From: Balanoglossus misakiensis
Lineage: Eukaryota; Animalia; Hemichordata
Reading direction: 5' to 3'
DNA length: 64,000 nt
NCBI GenBank assembly: GCA_040954595.2
Contig: CM082578.2
Span: 277,740-341,739 of the forward strand
The translations under genes were made by a program, and so were the position numbers. Every line of letters starts with the position of its first letter. Position 1 is the first letter of the stretch. The notes beneath the pieces are model-generated. The model was not told the DNA's origin. It saw nothing but the letters and a program-made list of their open reading frames with translations, and made no database searches. Shown here piece after piece: positions 35,971 to 50,900 of this stretch.

Positions 35971-38900
35971 TAAATGTAGTATTTAACCGTTCTGTTCCCC
36001 CCCCCCCCTACATTATATGCGGTACGCTGATGTCAGCTTACCCGGCAGTACTGCAGGCCGTGCCCCCAACTAACGTCGGTGTTTGAAACGCCCTGGTTAA
36101 ATTCGGGCTTTCTCTATAAATTGACAGGCAATAAAGCAGTCCTACCGGAACAAATGTCGAGTGTTGACCCGCTGTGACTTTCCCTGTTCGGTTTGCCCGA
36201 CTTAGCCAACGTCTTTGTACTAGAGTGTCGGGTCTTTTGCAGAGCCAGGCCGAAGGAAATCCGACTTGATCACCGTTGCTAACGAACGCTAGTGTCTGTC
36301 ATGGTGTGCCGGGGTTTTAGTCGAGCCAGGCCGTAGGAGATCTGACTTGATCATCGTGGTCAATGTACGCGTGTTTCCGCTCTAAAGTGCCGGGGCTTCA
36401 GCTAAACCAGGCCGTAGGAAATCCGACGTAATCACCGTTGATAACTTACGCCAGTCTGTGTCATATAGAGCCGGTGCACCAGCCGAGTCACGCCGTAGGA
36501 AATCTGACTTGATCAACGTGGTCAATGTACGCCTGTTTCTGCTCTAGAGTGCCGGGGCTTCAGCTGAGCCATGCCGTAGGAAATCTGACTTGATCAACGT
36601 TGCTAACGAACGCTAGTGTCTGTCATAGTGTGCCGGGGTTTTAGTCGAGCCAAGCCGTAGGAGATCAGACTTGATCAACGTGGTCTCTGTACGCGTGTTT
36701 CTGCTCTAGAGTGCCGGGGCTTTATCCAACCCATGCCGTTGAAAATCTGACTTGATCACCGTTGCTAACGTACGCTAGTGTCTGTCATATTGTGACGAGA
36801 TTTAGCCGTGCCAGGCCGTAGAAAAATCGACTTGTTCAACGTTATCAGTGTGCAACTGTTTCTGCTCTAGAGTGTCAGGGTTTTAGCCGACTTATGCTGT
36901 AGGAAATCTGAGTTGATAAACGGGAATTCAATGTTAGAAAACCCGTGTGGAAAGTATCTCTACCCGTTTGAAACTAAGAAAAGAATTTATTCTTATTTAT
37001 TTTGTAAAAAAGACAATTTTTCGAAAACAAGTCGAAAATGGTAATTTTGTCTTGGGTGATTCAAATTATACCACATTTTCTGGAATTTGCAGCACTTTTT
37101 ACAAGAGAACGACACTTCATGCTCCATAATATTTCCGAAAATGAAGAAAAGAGTTTATTTTTTATGATTTTTTAAAAATGTACCATTTTGTCAAAATATG
37201 GCCAAAATGGCTATTTTTTCTTGAATTCCGTCAATATCTCTGCATTTTTGGAGTGGTCGAAAGTTTTAACATACAATCAACATATCATATATGATCAGGG
37301 CACCAAATTCGAAGAACGAAGGTTTTTTTATTTTATTTTTCTAAAAATGACATTTTCAAGGAAAATTTGGTAAAACGCAATTTTGTCTGCAGTGAGCCAA
37401 ATTAGACGGTCTTTTGTGGAATTTGTATCGATATATATATACGAAGAGCATTCTATACTCCATCAGATTTCCGAAAATGTAGAAAACAGGTATTTTTTGT
37501 AATTTTCAAAAATTTACCGTTTTGACCAAATTGTGGTTAAAATTGTTATTTTCGTGTTGAATGCCGCCAGTGTCACTGCTTTTAAAAGTCATAAAAACTT
37601 TTAACATGCAAGCAATTGCTTATATATGATCAGGTCACCGAATTAAAAAAATAAAGAATGTTTTGCCTAAAAATGACCTTTTTGGTGCAAAAACGAATAA
37701 AACGCAATTTTGTATTAAATCAGCTCATTCAGAGTGCATTTTTTATAATCAGCACCATTTTTACATATATTGGAAATTTCATACATCATCAGATATCCAA
37801 ATATGAAAAGATGATTTACATTTTAGATGATTGTCCAAAATTAGCTGATATCTGATAAATGTAGTATTTAACCGTTCTGTTCCCCCCCCCCCCCTACATT
37901 ATATGCGGTACGCTGATGTCAGCTTACCCGGCAGTACTGCAGGCCGTGCCCCCAACTAACGTCGGTGTTTGAAACGATCTGGTTAAATTCGGGCTTTCTC
38001 TATAAATTGACAGGCAATAATGCAGTCCTACCGGAACAAATGTCGAGTGTTGACCCGCTGTGACTTTCCCTGTTCGGTTTGCCCGACTTAGCCAAAGTCT
38101 TTGTACTAGAGTGTCGGGTCTTTTGCAGAGCCAGGCCGAAGGAAATCCGACTTGATCACCGTTGCTAACGAACGCTAGTGTCTGTCATGGTGTGCCGGGG
38201 TTTTAGTCGAGCCAGGCCGTAGGAGATCTGACTTGATCATCGTGGTCAATGTACGCGTGTTTCCGCTCTAAAGTGCCGGGGCTTCAGCTAAACCAGGCCG
38301 TAGGAAATCCGACGTAATCACCGTTGATAACTTACGCCAGTCTGTGTCATATAGAGCCGGTGCACCAGCCGAGTCACGCCGTAGGAAATCTGACTTGATC
38401 AACGTGGTCAATGTACGCCTGTTTCTGCTCTAGAGTGCCGGGGCTTCAGCTGAGCCAGGCCGTAGGAAACCCGACGTGATTACCGTTGTTAACTTACGCC
38501 AGTCTGTGTCCTATATATAGTGCCGGGGCATCAGCCGTGCCAGGCTGAAGGAAATGTGAGTAGATCAACGTGGTCTCTGTACGCGTGTTTCTGCTCTAGA
38601 GTGTCAGGGCTTTAGCAAAGCCATGCCGTAGGAAATCTGACTTGATCAACGTTGCTAACGAACGCTAGTGTCTGTCATAGTGTGCCGGGGTTTTAGTCGA
38701 GCCAAGCCGTAGGAGATCAGACTTGATCAACGTGGTCTCTGTACGCGTGTTTCTGCTCTAGAGTGCCGGGGCTTTATCCAACCCATGCCGTTGAAAATCT
38801 GACTTGATCACCGTTGCTAACGTACGATAGTGTCTGTCATATTGTGACGGAGATTTAGCCGAGCCAGGCCGTAGAAAAATCGACTTGTTCAACGTTACCA

Positions 38901-41900
38901 GTGTGCAACTGTTTCTGCTCTAAAGTCTCAGGGTTTTAGCCGACTTATGCTGTAGGAAATCTGAGTTGATGAACGGGAATTCAATGTTAGAAAACCCGTG
39001 TGGAAAGTATCTCTACCCGTTTGAAACTAAGAAAAGAATTAATTCTTATTTATTTTGTAAAAAAGACAATTTTTCGAAAAAAAGTCGAAAATGGTAATTT
39101 TGTCTTGGGTGATTCAAATTATACCGCCTTTTCTGGAATTTGCAGCACTTTTTACAAGAGAACGACACTTCATGCTCCATAATATTTCCGAAAATGAAGA
39201 AAAGAGTTAATTTTTTATGATTTTTTAAAAATTTACCATTTTTGTCAAAATATGGCCAAAATGGCTATTTTTTCTTGAATTCCGTCAATATCTCTGCATG
39301 TTTGGAGTGGTCGAAAGTTTTAACATACAATCAACATGTCATATATGATCAGGGCACCAAATTCGAAGATAAAAGGTTTTTTTATTTTTTTTTTCTAAAA
39401 ATGACATTTTCAAGGAAAATTTTGTAAAACGCAATTTTGTCTGCAGTGAGCCAAATTAGACGGTCTTTTGTGGAATTTGTATCGATATATACATACGAAG
39501 AGCATTCTATACTCCATCAGATTTCCGAAAATGTAGAAAACAGGTCTTTTTTGTAATTTTCAAAAATTTACCATTTTGACCAAATTGTGGCTAAAATTGT
39601 TATTTTCGTGTTGAATGCCGCCAGTGTCACTGCTTTTAAAAGTCATAAAAACGTTTAACATACAAGCAATTGTTTATATATGATCAGGTCACCGAATTAA
39701 AAAAATAAAGAATGTTTTGCCTAAAAATGACCTTTTTGGTGCAAAAACGAATAAAACGCAATTTTGCATTAAATCAGCTCATTCAGAGTGCATTTTTATA
39801 ATCAGCACCATTTTTACATATAATGGAAATGTCATACATCATCAGATATCCAAATATGAAAAGATGATTTACATTTTAGATGATTGTCCAAAATTAGCTG
39901 AAAGCTGATAAATGTAGTATTTAACCGTTCTGTCCCCCCCCCCCTACATTATATGCGGTACGCTGATGTCAGCTTACCCGGCAGTACTGCAGGCCGTGCC
40001 CCCAACTAACGTCGGTGTTTGAAACGCCCTGGTTAAATTCGGGCTTTCTCTATAAATTGACAGGCAATAATGCAGTCCTATCGGAACAAATGTCGAGTGT
40101 TGACCCGCTGTGACTTTCCCTGTTCGGTTTGCCCGACTTAGCCAACGTCTTTGTACTAGAGTGTCGGGTCTTTTACAGAGCCAGGCCGAAGGAAATCCGA
40201 CTTGATCACCTTTGCTAACGAACGCTAGTGTCTGTCATGGTGTGCCGGGGTTTTAGTCGAGCCAGGCCGTAGGAGATCTGACTTGATCATCGTGGTCAAT
40301 GTACGCGTGTTTCCGCTCTAAAGTGCCGGGGCTTCAGCTAAACCAGGCCGTAAGAAATCCGACGTAATCACCGTTGATAACTTACGCCAGTATGTGTCAT
40401 ATAGAGCCGGTGCACCAGCCGAGTCACGCCGTAGGAAATCTGACTTGATCAACGTGGTCAATGTACGCCTGTTTCTGCTCTAGAGTGCCGGGGCTTCAGC
40501 TGAGCCAGGCCGTAAGAAAACCCGACGTGATTACCGTTGTTAACTTACGCCAGTCTGTGTCCTATATATAGTGCCGGGGCATCAGCCGTGCCAGGCCGAA
40601 GGAAATGTGAGAAGATCAACGTGGTCTCTGTACGCGTGTTTCTGCTCTAGAGTGCCAGGGCTTTAGTTAAGCCATGCCGTAGGAAATCTGACTTGATCAA
40701 AGTTGCTAACGAACGCTAGTGTCTGTCATAGTGTGCCGGGGTTTTAGTCGAGCCAAGCCGTAGGAGATCAGACTTGATCAACGTGGTCTCTGTACGCGTG
40801 TTTCTGCTCTAGAGTGCCGGGGCTTTATCCAAGCCATGCCGTAGAAAATCTGACTTGATCACCGTTGCTAACGTACGCTAGTGTCTGTCATATTGTGACG
40901 GAGATTTAGCCGAGCCAGGTCGTAGAAAAATCGACTTGTTCAACGTTACCAGTGTGCAACTGTTTCTGCTCTAGAGTGTCAGGGTTTTAGCCGACTTATG
41001 CTGTAGGAAATCTGAGTTGATGAACGGGAATTCAATGTTAGAAAACCCGTGTGGAAAGTATCTCTACCCGTTTGAAACTAAGAAAAGAATTTATTCTTAT
41101 TTATTTTGTAAAAAAAGACAATTTTTCGAAAAAAAGTTGAAAATGGTAATTTTGTCTTGGGTGATTCAAATTATACCGCCTTTTCTGGAATTTGCAGCAC
41201 TTTTTGCAAGAGAACGACACTTCATGCTCCATAATATTTCCGAAAATGAAGAAAAGAGTTAATTTTTTATGATTTTTCAAAAATTTACCATTTTTGTCAA
41301 AATATGGCCAAAATGGCTATTTTTCTTGAATTCCGTCAATATCTCTGCATTTTTGGAGTGGTCGAGAATTTTAACATACAATCAACATGTCATATATGAT
41401 CAGGGCACCAAATTCGAAGAACGAAGGTTTTTTTATTTTTTTTTCTAAAAATGACATTTTCAAGGAAAATTTGGTAAAACGCAATTTTGTCTGCAGTGAG
41501 CCAAATTAGACGGTCTTTTGTGGAATTTGTATCGATATATACATACGAAGAGCATTCTATACTCCATCAGATTTCCGAAAATGTAGAAAACAGGTATTTT
41601 TTGTAATTTTCAAAAATTTACCATTTTGACCAAATTGTGGCTAAAATTGTTATTTTCGTGATGAATGCCGCCAGTGTCACTGCTTTTAAAAGTCATAAAA
41701 ACTTTTAACATACAAGCAATTGTTTATATATGATCAGGTCACCGAATTAAAAATATAAAGAATGTTTTGCCTAAAAATGACCTTTTTGGTGCAAAAACGA
41801 ATAAAACGCAATCTTGTATTAAATCAGTTCATTCAGAGTGCATGTTTTATAATAAGCACCATTTTTACATATAATGGAAATTTCATACATCATCAGATAT

Positions 41901-44900
41901 CCAAATATGAAAAAATGATTTAGATTTTAGATGATTGTCCAAAATTAGCTGATATCTAATAAATGTAGTATTGAACCGTTCTGTCCCCCCCCCCCCCCTT
42001 ACATTATATGCGGTACGCCGATGTCAGCTTACCCGGCAGTACTGCAGGCCGTGCCCCCAACTAACGTCGGTGTTTGGAACGCCCTTGTTAAATTCGGGCT
42101 TTCTCTATAAATTGACAGGCAATAATGCAGTCCTACCCGACCAAATGTCGAGTGTTGACCCGCTGTGACTTTCCCTCTTCGGTTTGCCCGACTTAGCCAA
42201 CGTCTTTGTACTAGAGTGTCGGGTCTTTTGCAGAGCCAGGCCGAAGGAAATCCGACTTGATCACCGTTGCTAACGAACGCTAGTGTCTGTCATGGTGTGC
42301 CGGGGTTTTAGTCGAGCCAGGCCGTAGGAGATCTGACTTGATCATCGTGGTCAATGTACGCGTGTTTCCGCTCCACAGTGCCGGGGCTTCAGCTAAACCA
42401 TGCCGTAGGAAATCTGGCGTAATCACCGTTGATAACTCACGCCAGTGTGTGTCATATAGAGCCGGTGCACCAGCCGAGTCACGCCGTAGGAAATCTGACT
42501 TGATCAACGTGGTCAATGTACGCCTGTTTCTGCTCATAAGTGCCGGGGCTTTAGCTAAACCATGCCGTAGGAAATCCGACGTAATCACCGTTGATAACTT
42601 ACGCCAGTCTGTGTCATATAGAGCCGGTGCACCAGCCGAGTCACGCCGTAGGAAATCTGACTTGATCAACGTGGTCAATGTACGCCTGTTTCTGCTCTAG
42701 AGTGCCGGGGCTTCAGCTGAGCCAGGCCGTAGGAAACCCGACGTGATTACCGTTGTTAACTTACGCCAGTCTGTGTCCTATATATAGTGCCGGGGCATCA
42801 GCCGTACAAGGCCGAAGGAAATGTGAGTAGATCAACGTGGTCTCTGTACGCGTGTTTCTGCTCTAGAGTGTCAGGGCTTTAGCAAAGCCATGCCGTAGGA
42901 AATCTGACTTGATCAACGTTGCTAACGAACGCTAGTGTCTGTCATAGTGTGCCGGGGTTTTAGTCGAGCCAAGCCGTAGGAGATCAGACTTGATCAACGT
43001 GGTCTCTGTACACGTGTTTCTGCTCTAGAGTGCCGGGGCTTTATCCAACCCATGCCGTTGAAAATCTGACTTGATCACCGTTGCTAACGTACGCTAGTGT
43101 CTGTCATATTGTGACGAGATTTAGCCGAGCCAGGCCGTAGAAAAATCGACTTGTTCAGCGTTATCAGTGTGCAACTGTTTCTGCTCTAGAGTGTCAGGGT
43201 TTTAGCCGACTTATGCTGTAGGAAATCTGAGTTGATGAACGGGAATTCAATGTTAGAAAACCCGTGTGGAAAGTATCTCTACCCGTTTGAAACTAAGAAA
43301 AGAATTTATTCTTATTTATTTTGTAAAAAAGACAATTTTTCGAAAACAAGTCGAAAATGGTAATTTTGTCTTGGGTGATTCAAATTATACCACATTTTCT
43401 GGAATTTGCAGCACTTTTTACAAAAGAACGACACATCATGCTCCATAATATTTCCGAAAATGAAGAAAAGAGTTTATTTTTTATGATTTTTTAAAAATGT
43501 ACCATTTTGTCAAAATATGGCCAAAATGGCTATTTTTTCTTGAATTCCGTCAATATCTCTGCATTTTTGGAGTGGTCGAAAGTTTTAACATACAATCAAC
43601 ATATCATATATGATCAGGGCACCAAATTCGAAGAACGAAGGTTTTTTTATTTTATTTTTCTAAAAATGACATTTTCAAGGAAAATTTGGTAAAACGCAAT
43701 TTTGTCTGCAGTGAGCCAAATTAGACGGTCTTTTGTGGAATTTGTATCGATATATATATACGAAGAGCATTCTATACTCCATCAGATTTCCGAAAATGTA
43801 GAAAACAGGTATTTTTTGTAATTTTCAAAAATTTACCATTTTGACCAAATTGTGGTTGAAATTGTTATTTTCGTGTTGAATGCCGCCAGTGTCACTGCTT
43901 TTAAAAGTCATAAAAACTTTTAACATGCAAGAAATTGCTTATATATGATCAGGTCACCGAATTAAAAAAATAAAGAATGTTTTGCCTAAAAATGACCTTT
44001 TTGGTGCAAAAACGAATAAAACGCAATTTTGTATTAAATCAGCTCATTCAGAGTGCATTTTTTATAATCAGCACCATTTTTACATATATTGGAAATTTCA
44101 TACATCATCAGATATCCAAATATGAAAAGATGATTTACATTTTAGATGATTGTCCAAAATTAGCTGATATCTGATAAATGTAGTATTTAACCGTTCTGTT
44201 CCCCCCCCCCCCCCTACATTATATGCGGTACGCTGATGTCAGCTTACCCGGCAGTACTGCAGGCCGTGCCCCCAACTAACGTCGGTGTTTGAAACGCCCT
44301 GGTTAAATTCGGGCTTTCTCTATAAATTGACAGGCAATAAAGCAGTCCTACCGGAACAAATGTCGAGTGTTGACCCGCTGTGACTTTCCCTGTTCGGTTT
44401 GCCCGACTTAGCCAACGTCTTTGTACTAGAGTGTCGGGTCTTTTGCAGAGCCAGGCCGAAGGAAATCCGACTTGATCACCGTTGCAAACGAACGCTAGTG
44501 TCTGTCATGGTGTGCCGGGGTTTTAGTCGAGCCAGGCCGTAGGAGATCTGACTTGATCATCGTGGTCAATGTACGCGTGTTTCCGCTCTAAAGTGCCGGG
44601 GCTTCAGCTAAACCAGGCCGTAGGAAATCCGACGTAATCACCGTTGATAACTTACGCCAGTCTGTGTCATATAGAGCCGGTGCACCAGCCGAGTCACGCC
44701 GTAGGAAATCTGACTTGATCAACGTGGTCAATGTACGCCTGTTTCTGCTCTAGAGTGCCGGGGCTTCAGCTGAGCCATGCCGTAGGAAATCTGACTTGAT
44801 CAACGTTGCTAACGAACGCTACTGTCTGTCATAGTGTGCCGGGGTTTTAGTCGAGCCAAGCCGTAGGAGATCAGACTTGATCAACGTGGTCTCTGTACGC

Positions 44901-47900
44901 GTGTTTCTGCTCTAGAGTGCCGGGGCTTTATCCAACCCATGCCGTTGAAAATCTGACTTGATCACCGTTGCTAACGTACGCTAGTGTCTGTCATATTGTG
45001 ACGAGATTTAGCCGTGCCAGGCCGTAGAAAAATCGACTTGTTCAACGTTATCAGTGTGCAACTGTTTCTGCTCTAGAGTGTCAGGGTTTTAGCCGACTTA
45101 TGCTGTAGGAAATCTGAGTTGATAAACGGGAATTCAATGTTAGAAAACCCGTGTGGAAAGTATCTCTACCCGTTTGAAACTAAGAAAAGAATTTATTCTT
45201 ATTTATTTTGTAAAAAAGACAATTTTTCGAAAACAAGTCGAAAATGGTAATTTTGTCTTGGGTGATTCAAATTATACCACATTTTCTGGAATTTGCAGCA
45301 CTTTTTACAAGAGAACGACACTTCATGCTCCATAATATTTCCGAAAATGAAGAAAAGAGTTTATTTTTTATGATTTTTTAAAAATGTACCATTTTGTCAA
45401 AATATGGCCAAAATGGCTATTTTTTCTTGAACTCCGTCAATATCTCTGCATTTTTGGAGTGGTCGAAAGTTTTAACATACAATCAACATATCATATATGA
45501 TCAGGGCACCAAATTCGAAGAACGAAGGTTTTTTTATTTTATTTTTCTAAAAATGACATTTTCAAGGAAAATTTGGTAAAACGCAATTTTGTCTGCAGTG
45601 AGCCAAATTAGACGGTCTTTTGTGGAATTTGTGTCGATATATATATACGAAGAGCATTCTATACTCCATCAGATTTCCGAAAATGTAGAAAACAGGTATT
45701 TTTTGTAATTTTCAAAAATTTACCATTTTGACCAAATTGTGGTTAAAATTGTTATTTTCGTGTTGAATGCCGCCAGTGTCACTGCTTTTAAAAGTCATAA
45801 AAACTTTTAACATGCAAGCAATTGCTTATATATGATCAGGTCACCGAATTAAAAAAATAAAGAATGTTTTGCCTAAAAATGACCTTTTTGGTGCAAAAAC
45901 GAATAAAACGCAATTTTGTATTAAACCAGCTCATTCAGAGTGCATTTTTTATAATCAGCACCATTTTTACATATATTGGAAATTTCATACATCATCAGAT
46001 ATCCAAATATGAAAAGATGATTTACATTTTAGATGATTGTCCAAAATTAGCTGATATCTGATAAATGTAGTATTTAACCGTTCTGTTCCCCCCCCCCCTA
46101 CATTATATGCGGTACGCTGATGTCAGCTTACCCGGCAGTACTGCAGGCCGTGCCCCCAACTAACGTCGGTGTTTGAAACGCCCTGGTTAAATTCGGGCTT
46201 TCTCTATAAATTGACAGGCAATAAAGCAGTCCTACCGGAACAAATGTCGAGTGTTGACCCGCTGTGACTTTCCCTGTTCGGTTTGCCCGACTTAGCCAAC
46301 GTCTTTGTACTAGAGTGTCGGGTCTTTTGCAGAGCCAGGCCGAAGGAAATCCGACTTGATCACCGTTGCTAACGAACGCTAGTGTCTGTCATGGTGTGCC
46401 GGGGTTTTAGTCGAGCCAGGCCGTAGGAGATCTGACTTGATCATCGTGGTCAATGTACGCGTGTTTCCGCTCTAAAGTGCCGGGGCTTCAGCTAAACCAG
46501 GCCGTAGGAAATCCGACGTAATCACCGTTGATAACTTACGCCAGTCTGTGTCATATAGAGCCGGTGCACCAGCCGAGTCACGCCGTAGGAAATCTGACTT
46601 GATCAACGTGGTCAATGTACGCCTGTTTCTGCTCTAGAGTGCCGGGGCTTCAGCTGAGCCATGCCGTAGGAAATCTGACTTGATCAACGTTGCTAACGAA
46701 CGCTAGTGTCTGTCATACTGTGCCGGGGTTTTAGTCGAGCCAAGCCGTAGGAGATCAGACTTGATCAACGTGGTCTCTGTACGCGTGTTTCTGCTCTAGA
46801 GTGCCGGGGCTTTATCCAACCCATGCCGTTGAAAATCTGACTTGATCACCGTTGCTAACGTACGCTAGTGTCTGTCATATTGTGACGAGATTTAGCCGTG
46901 CCAGGCCGTAGAAAAATCGACTTGTTCAACGTTATCAGTGTGCAACTGTTTCTGCTCTAGAGTGTCAGGGTTTTAGCCGACTTATGCTGTAGGAAATCTG
47001 AGTTGATAAACGGGAATTCAATGTTAGAAAACCCGTGTGGAAAGTATCTCTACCCGTTTGAAACTAAGAAAAGAATTTATTCTTATTTATTTTGTAAAAA
47101 AGACAATTTTTCGAAAACAAGTCGAAAATGGTAATTTTGTCTTGGGTGATTCAAATTATACCACATTTTCTGGAATTTGCAGCACTTTTTACAAGAGAAC
47201 GACACTTCATGCTCCATAATATTTCCGAAAATGAAGAAAAGAGTTTATTTTTTATGATTTTTTAAAAATGTACCATTTTGTCAAAATATGGCCAAAATGG
47301 CTATTTTTTCTTGAATTCCGTCAATATCTCTGCATTTTTGGAGTGGTCGAAAGTTTTAACATACAATCAACATATCATATATGATCAGGGCACCAAATTC
47401 GAAGAACGAAGGTTTTTTTATTTTATTTTTCTAAAAATGACATTTTCAAGGAAAATTTGGTAAAACGCAATTTTGTCTGCAGTGAGCCAAATTAGACGGT
47501 CTTTTGTGGAATTTGTATCGATATATATATACGAAGAGCATTCTATACTCCATCAGATTTCCGAAAATGTAGAAAACAGGTATTTTTTGTAATTTTCAAA
47601 AATTTACCATTTTGACCAAATTGTGGTTAAAATTGTTATTTTCGTGTTGAATGCCGCCAGTGTCACTGCTTTTAAAAGTCATAAAAACTTTTAACATGCA
47701 AGCAATTGCTTATATATGATCAGGTCACCGAATTAAAAAAATAAAGAATGTTTTGCCTAAAAATGACCTTTTTGGTGCAAAAACGAATAAAACGCAATTT
47801 TGTATTAAATCAGCTCATTCAGAGTGCATTTTTTATAATCAGCACCATTTTTACATATATTGGAAATTTCATACATCATCAGATATCCAAATATGAAAAG

Positions 47901-50900
47901 ATGATTTAGATTTTAGATGATTGTCCAAAATTAGCTGATATCTGATAAATGTAGTATTTAACCGTTCTGTCCCCCCCCCCTACATTATATGCGGTACGCT
48001 GATGTCAGCTTACCCGGCAGTACTGCAGGCCGTGCCCCCAACTAACGTCGGTGTTTTAAACGCCCTGGTTAAATTCGGGCTTTCTCTATAAATTGACAGG
48101 CAATAATGCAGTCCTACCGGAACAAATGTCGAGTGTTGACCCGCTGTGACTTTCCCTGTTCGGTTTGCCCGACTTAGCCAACGTCTTTGTACTAGAGTGT
48201 CGGGTCTTTTGCAGAGCCAGGCCGAAGGAAATCCGACTTGATCACCGTTGCTAACGAACGCTAGTGTCTGTCATGGTGTGCCGGGGTTTTAGTCGAGCCA
48301 GGCCGTAGGAGATCTGACTTGATCATCGTGGTCAATGTACGCGTGTTTCCGCTCTAAAGTGCCGGGGCTTCAGCTAAACCAGGCCGTAGGAAATCCGACG
48401 TAATCACCGTTGATAACTTACGCCAGTCTGTGTCATATAGAGCCGGTGCACCAGCCGAGTCACGCCGTAGGAAATCTGACTTGATCAACGTGGTCAATGT
48501 ACGCCTGTTTCTGCTCTAGAGTGCCGGGGCTTCAGCTGAGCCAGGCCGTAGGAAACCCGACGTGATTACCGTTGTTAACTTACGCCAGTCTGTGTCCTAT
48601 ATATAGTGCCGGGGCATCAGCCGTGCCAGGCCGAAGGAAATGTGAGTAGATCAACGTGGTCTCTGTACGCGTGTTTCTGCTCTAGAGTGTCAGGGCTTTA
48701 GCAAAGCCATGCCGTAGGAAATCTGACTTGATCAACGTTGCTAACGAACGCTAGTGTCTGTCATAGTGTGCCGGGGTTTTAGTCGAGCCAAGCCGTAGGA
48801 GATCAGACTTGATCAACGTGGTCTCTGTACGCGTGTTTCTGCTCTAGAGTGCCGGGGCTTTATCCAACCCATGCCGTTGAAAATCTGACTTGATCACCGT
48901 TGCTAACGTACGATAGTGTCTGTCATATTGTGACAGAGATTTAGCCGAGCCAGGCCGTAGAAAAATCGACTTGTTCAACGTTACCAGTGTGCAACTGTTT
49001 CTGCTCTAAAGTCTCAGGGTTTTAGCCGACTTATGCTGTAGGAAATCTGAGTTGATGAACGGGAATTCAATGTTAGAAAACCCGTGTGGAAAGTATCTCT
49101 ACCCGTTTGAAACTAAGAAAAGAATTAATTCTTATTTATTTTGTAAAAAAGACAATTTTTCGAAAAAAAGTCGAAAATGGTAATTTTGTCTTGGGTGATT
49201 CAAATTATACCGCCTTTTCTGGAATTTGCAGCACTTTTTACAAGAGAACGACACTTCATGCTCCATAATATTTCCGAAAATGAAGAAAAGAGTTAATTTT
49301 TTATGATTTTTTAAAAATTTACCATTTTTGTCAAAATATGGCCAAAATGGCTATTTTTTCTTGAATTCCGTCAATATCTCTGCATTTTTGGAGTGGTCGA
49401 AAGTTTTAACATACAATCAACATGTCATATATGATCAGGGCACCAAATTCGAAGATAAAAGGTTTTTTTATTTTTTTTTTCTAAAAATGACATTTTCAAG
49501 GAAAATTTTGTAAAACGCAATTTTGTCTGCAGTGAGCCAAATTAGACGGTCTTTTGTGGAATTTGTATCGATATATACGTACGAAGAGCATTCTATACTC
49601 CATCAGATTTCCGAAAATGTAGAAAACAGGTATTTTTTGTAATTTTCAAAAGTTTACCATTTTGACCAAATTGTGGCTAAAATTGTTATTTTCGTGTTGA
49701 ATGCCGCCAGTGTCACTGCTTTTAAAAGTCATAAAAACTTTTAACATACAAGCAATTGTTTATATATGATCAGGTCACCGAATTAAAAAAATAAAGAATG
49801 TTTTGCCTAAAAATGACCTTTTTGGTGCAAAAACGAATAAAACGCAATTTTGCATTAAATCAGCTCATTCAGAGTGCATTTTTATAATCAGCACCATTTT
49901 TACATATAATGGAAATGTCATACATCATCAGATATCCAAATATGAAAAGATGATTTACATTTTAGATGATTGTCCAAAATTAGCTGATATCTGATAAATG
50001 TAGTATTTAACCGTTCTTTCCCCCCCCCCCCTACATTATATGCGGTACGCTGATGTCAGCTTACCCGGCAGTACTGCAGGCCGTGCCCCCAACTAACGTC
50101 GGTGTTTGAAACGCCCTGGTTAAATTCGGGCTTTCTCTATAAATTGACAGGCAATAATGCAGTCCTACCGGAACAAATGTCGAGTGTTGACCCGCTGTGA
50201 CTTTCCCTGTTCGGTTTGCCCGACTTAGCCAACGTCTTTGTACTAGAGTGTCGGGTCTTTTACAGAGCCAGGCCGAAGGAAATCCGACTTGATCACCGTT
50301 GCTAACGAACGCTAGTGTCTGTCATGGTGTGCCGGGGTTTTAGTCGAGCCAGGCCGTAGGAGATCTGACTTGATCATCGTGGTCAATGTACGCGTGTTTC
50401 CGCTCTAAAGTGCCGGGGCTTCAGCTAAACCAGGCCGTAGGAAATCCGACGTAATCACCGTTGATAACTTACGCCAGTATGTGTCATATAGAGCCGGTGC
50501 ACCAGCCGAGTCACGCCGTAGGAAATCTGACTTGATCAACGTGGTCAATGTACGCCTGTTTCTGCTCTAGAGTGCCGGGGCTTCAGCTGAGCCAGGCCGT
50601 AAGAAAACCCGACGTGATTACCGTTGTTAACTTACGCCAGTCTGTGTCCTATATATAGTGCCGGGGCATCAGCCGTGCCAGGCCGAAGGAAATGTGAGAA
50701 GATCAACGTGGTCTCTGTACGCGTGTTTCTGCTCTAGAGTGCCAGGGCTTTAGTTAAGCCATGCCGTAGGAAATCTGACTTGATCAAAGTTGCTAACGAA
50801 CGCTAGTGTCTGTCATAGTGTGCCGGGGTTTTAGTCGAGCCAAGCCGTAGGAGATCAGACTTGATCAACGTGGTCTCTGTACGCGTGTTTCTGCTCTAGA

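Noticed and set aside
42280-42700. 27-aa-repeat ORFs (MTTLIKSDFLRR..., MIIVVNVRVF...) from the 81-bp array, also at 54419-54839
   Set aside because: They are open only where the conserved CTCTAGAG (TAG on both strands) is mutated. The type A monomer I translated has stops in all six frames.
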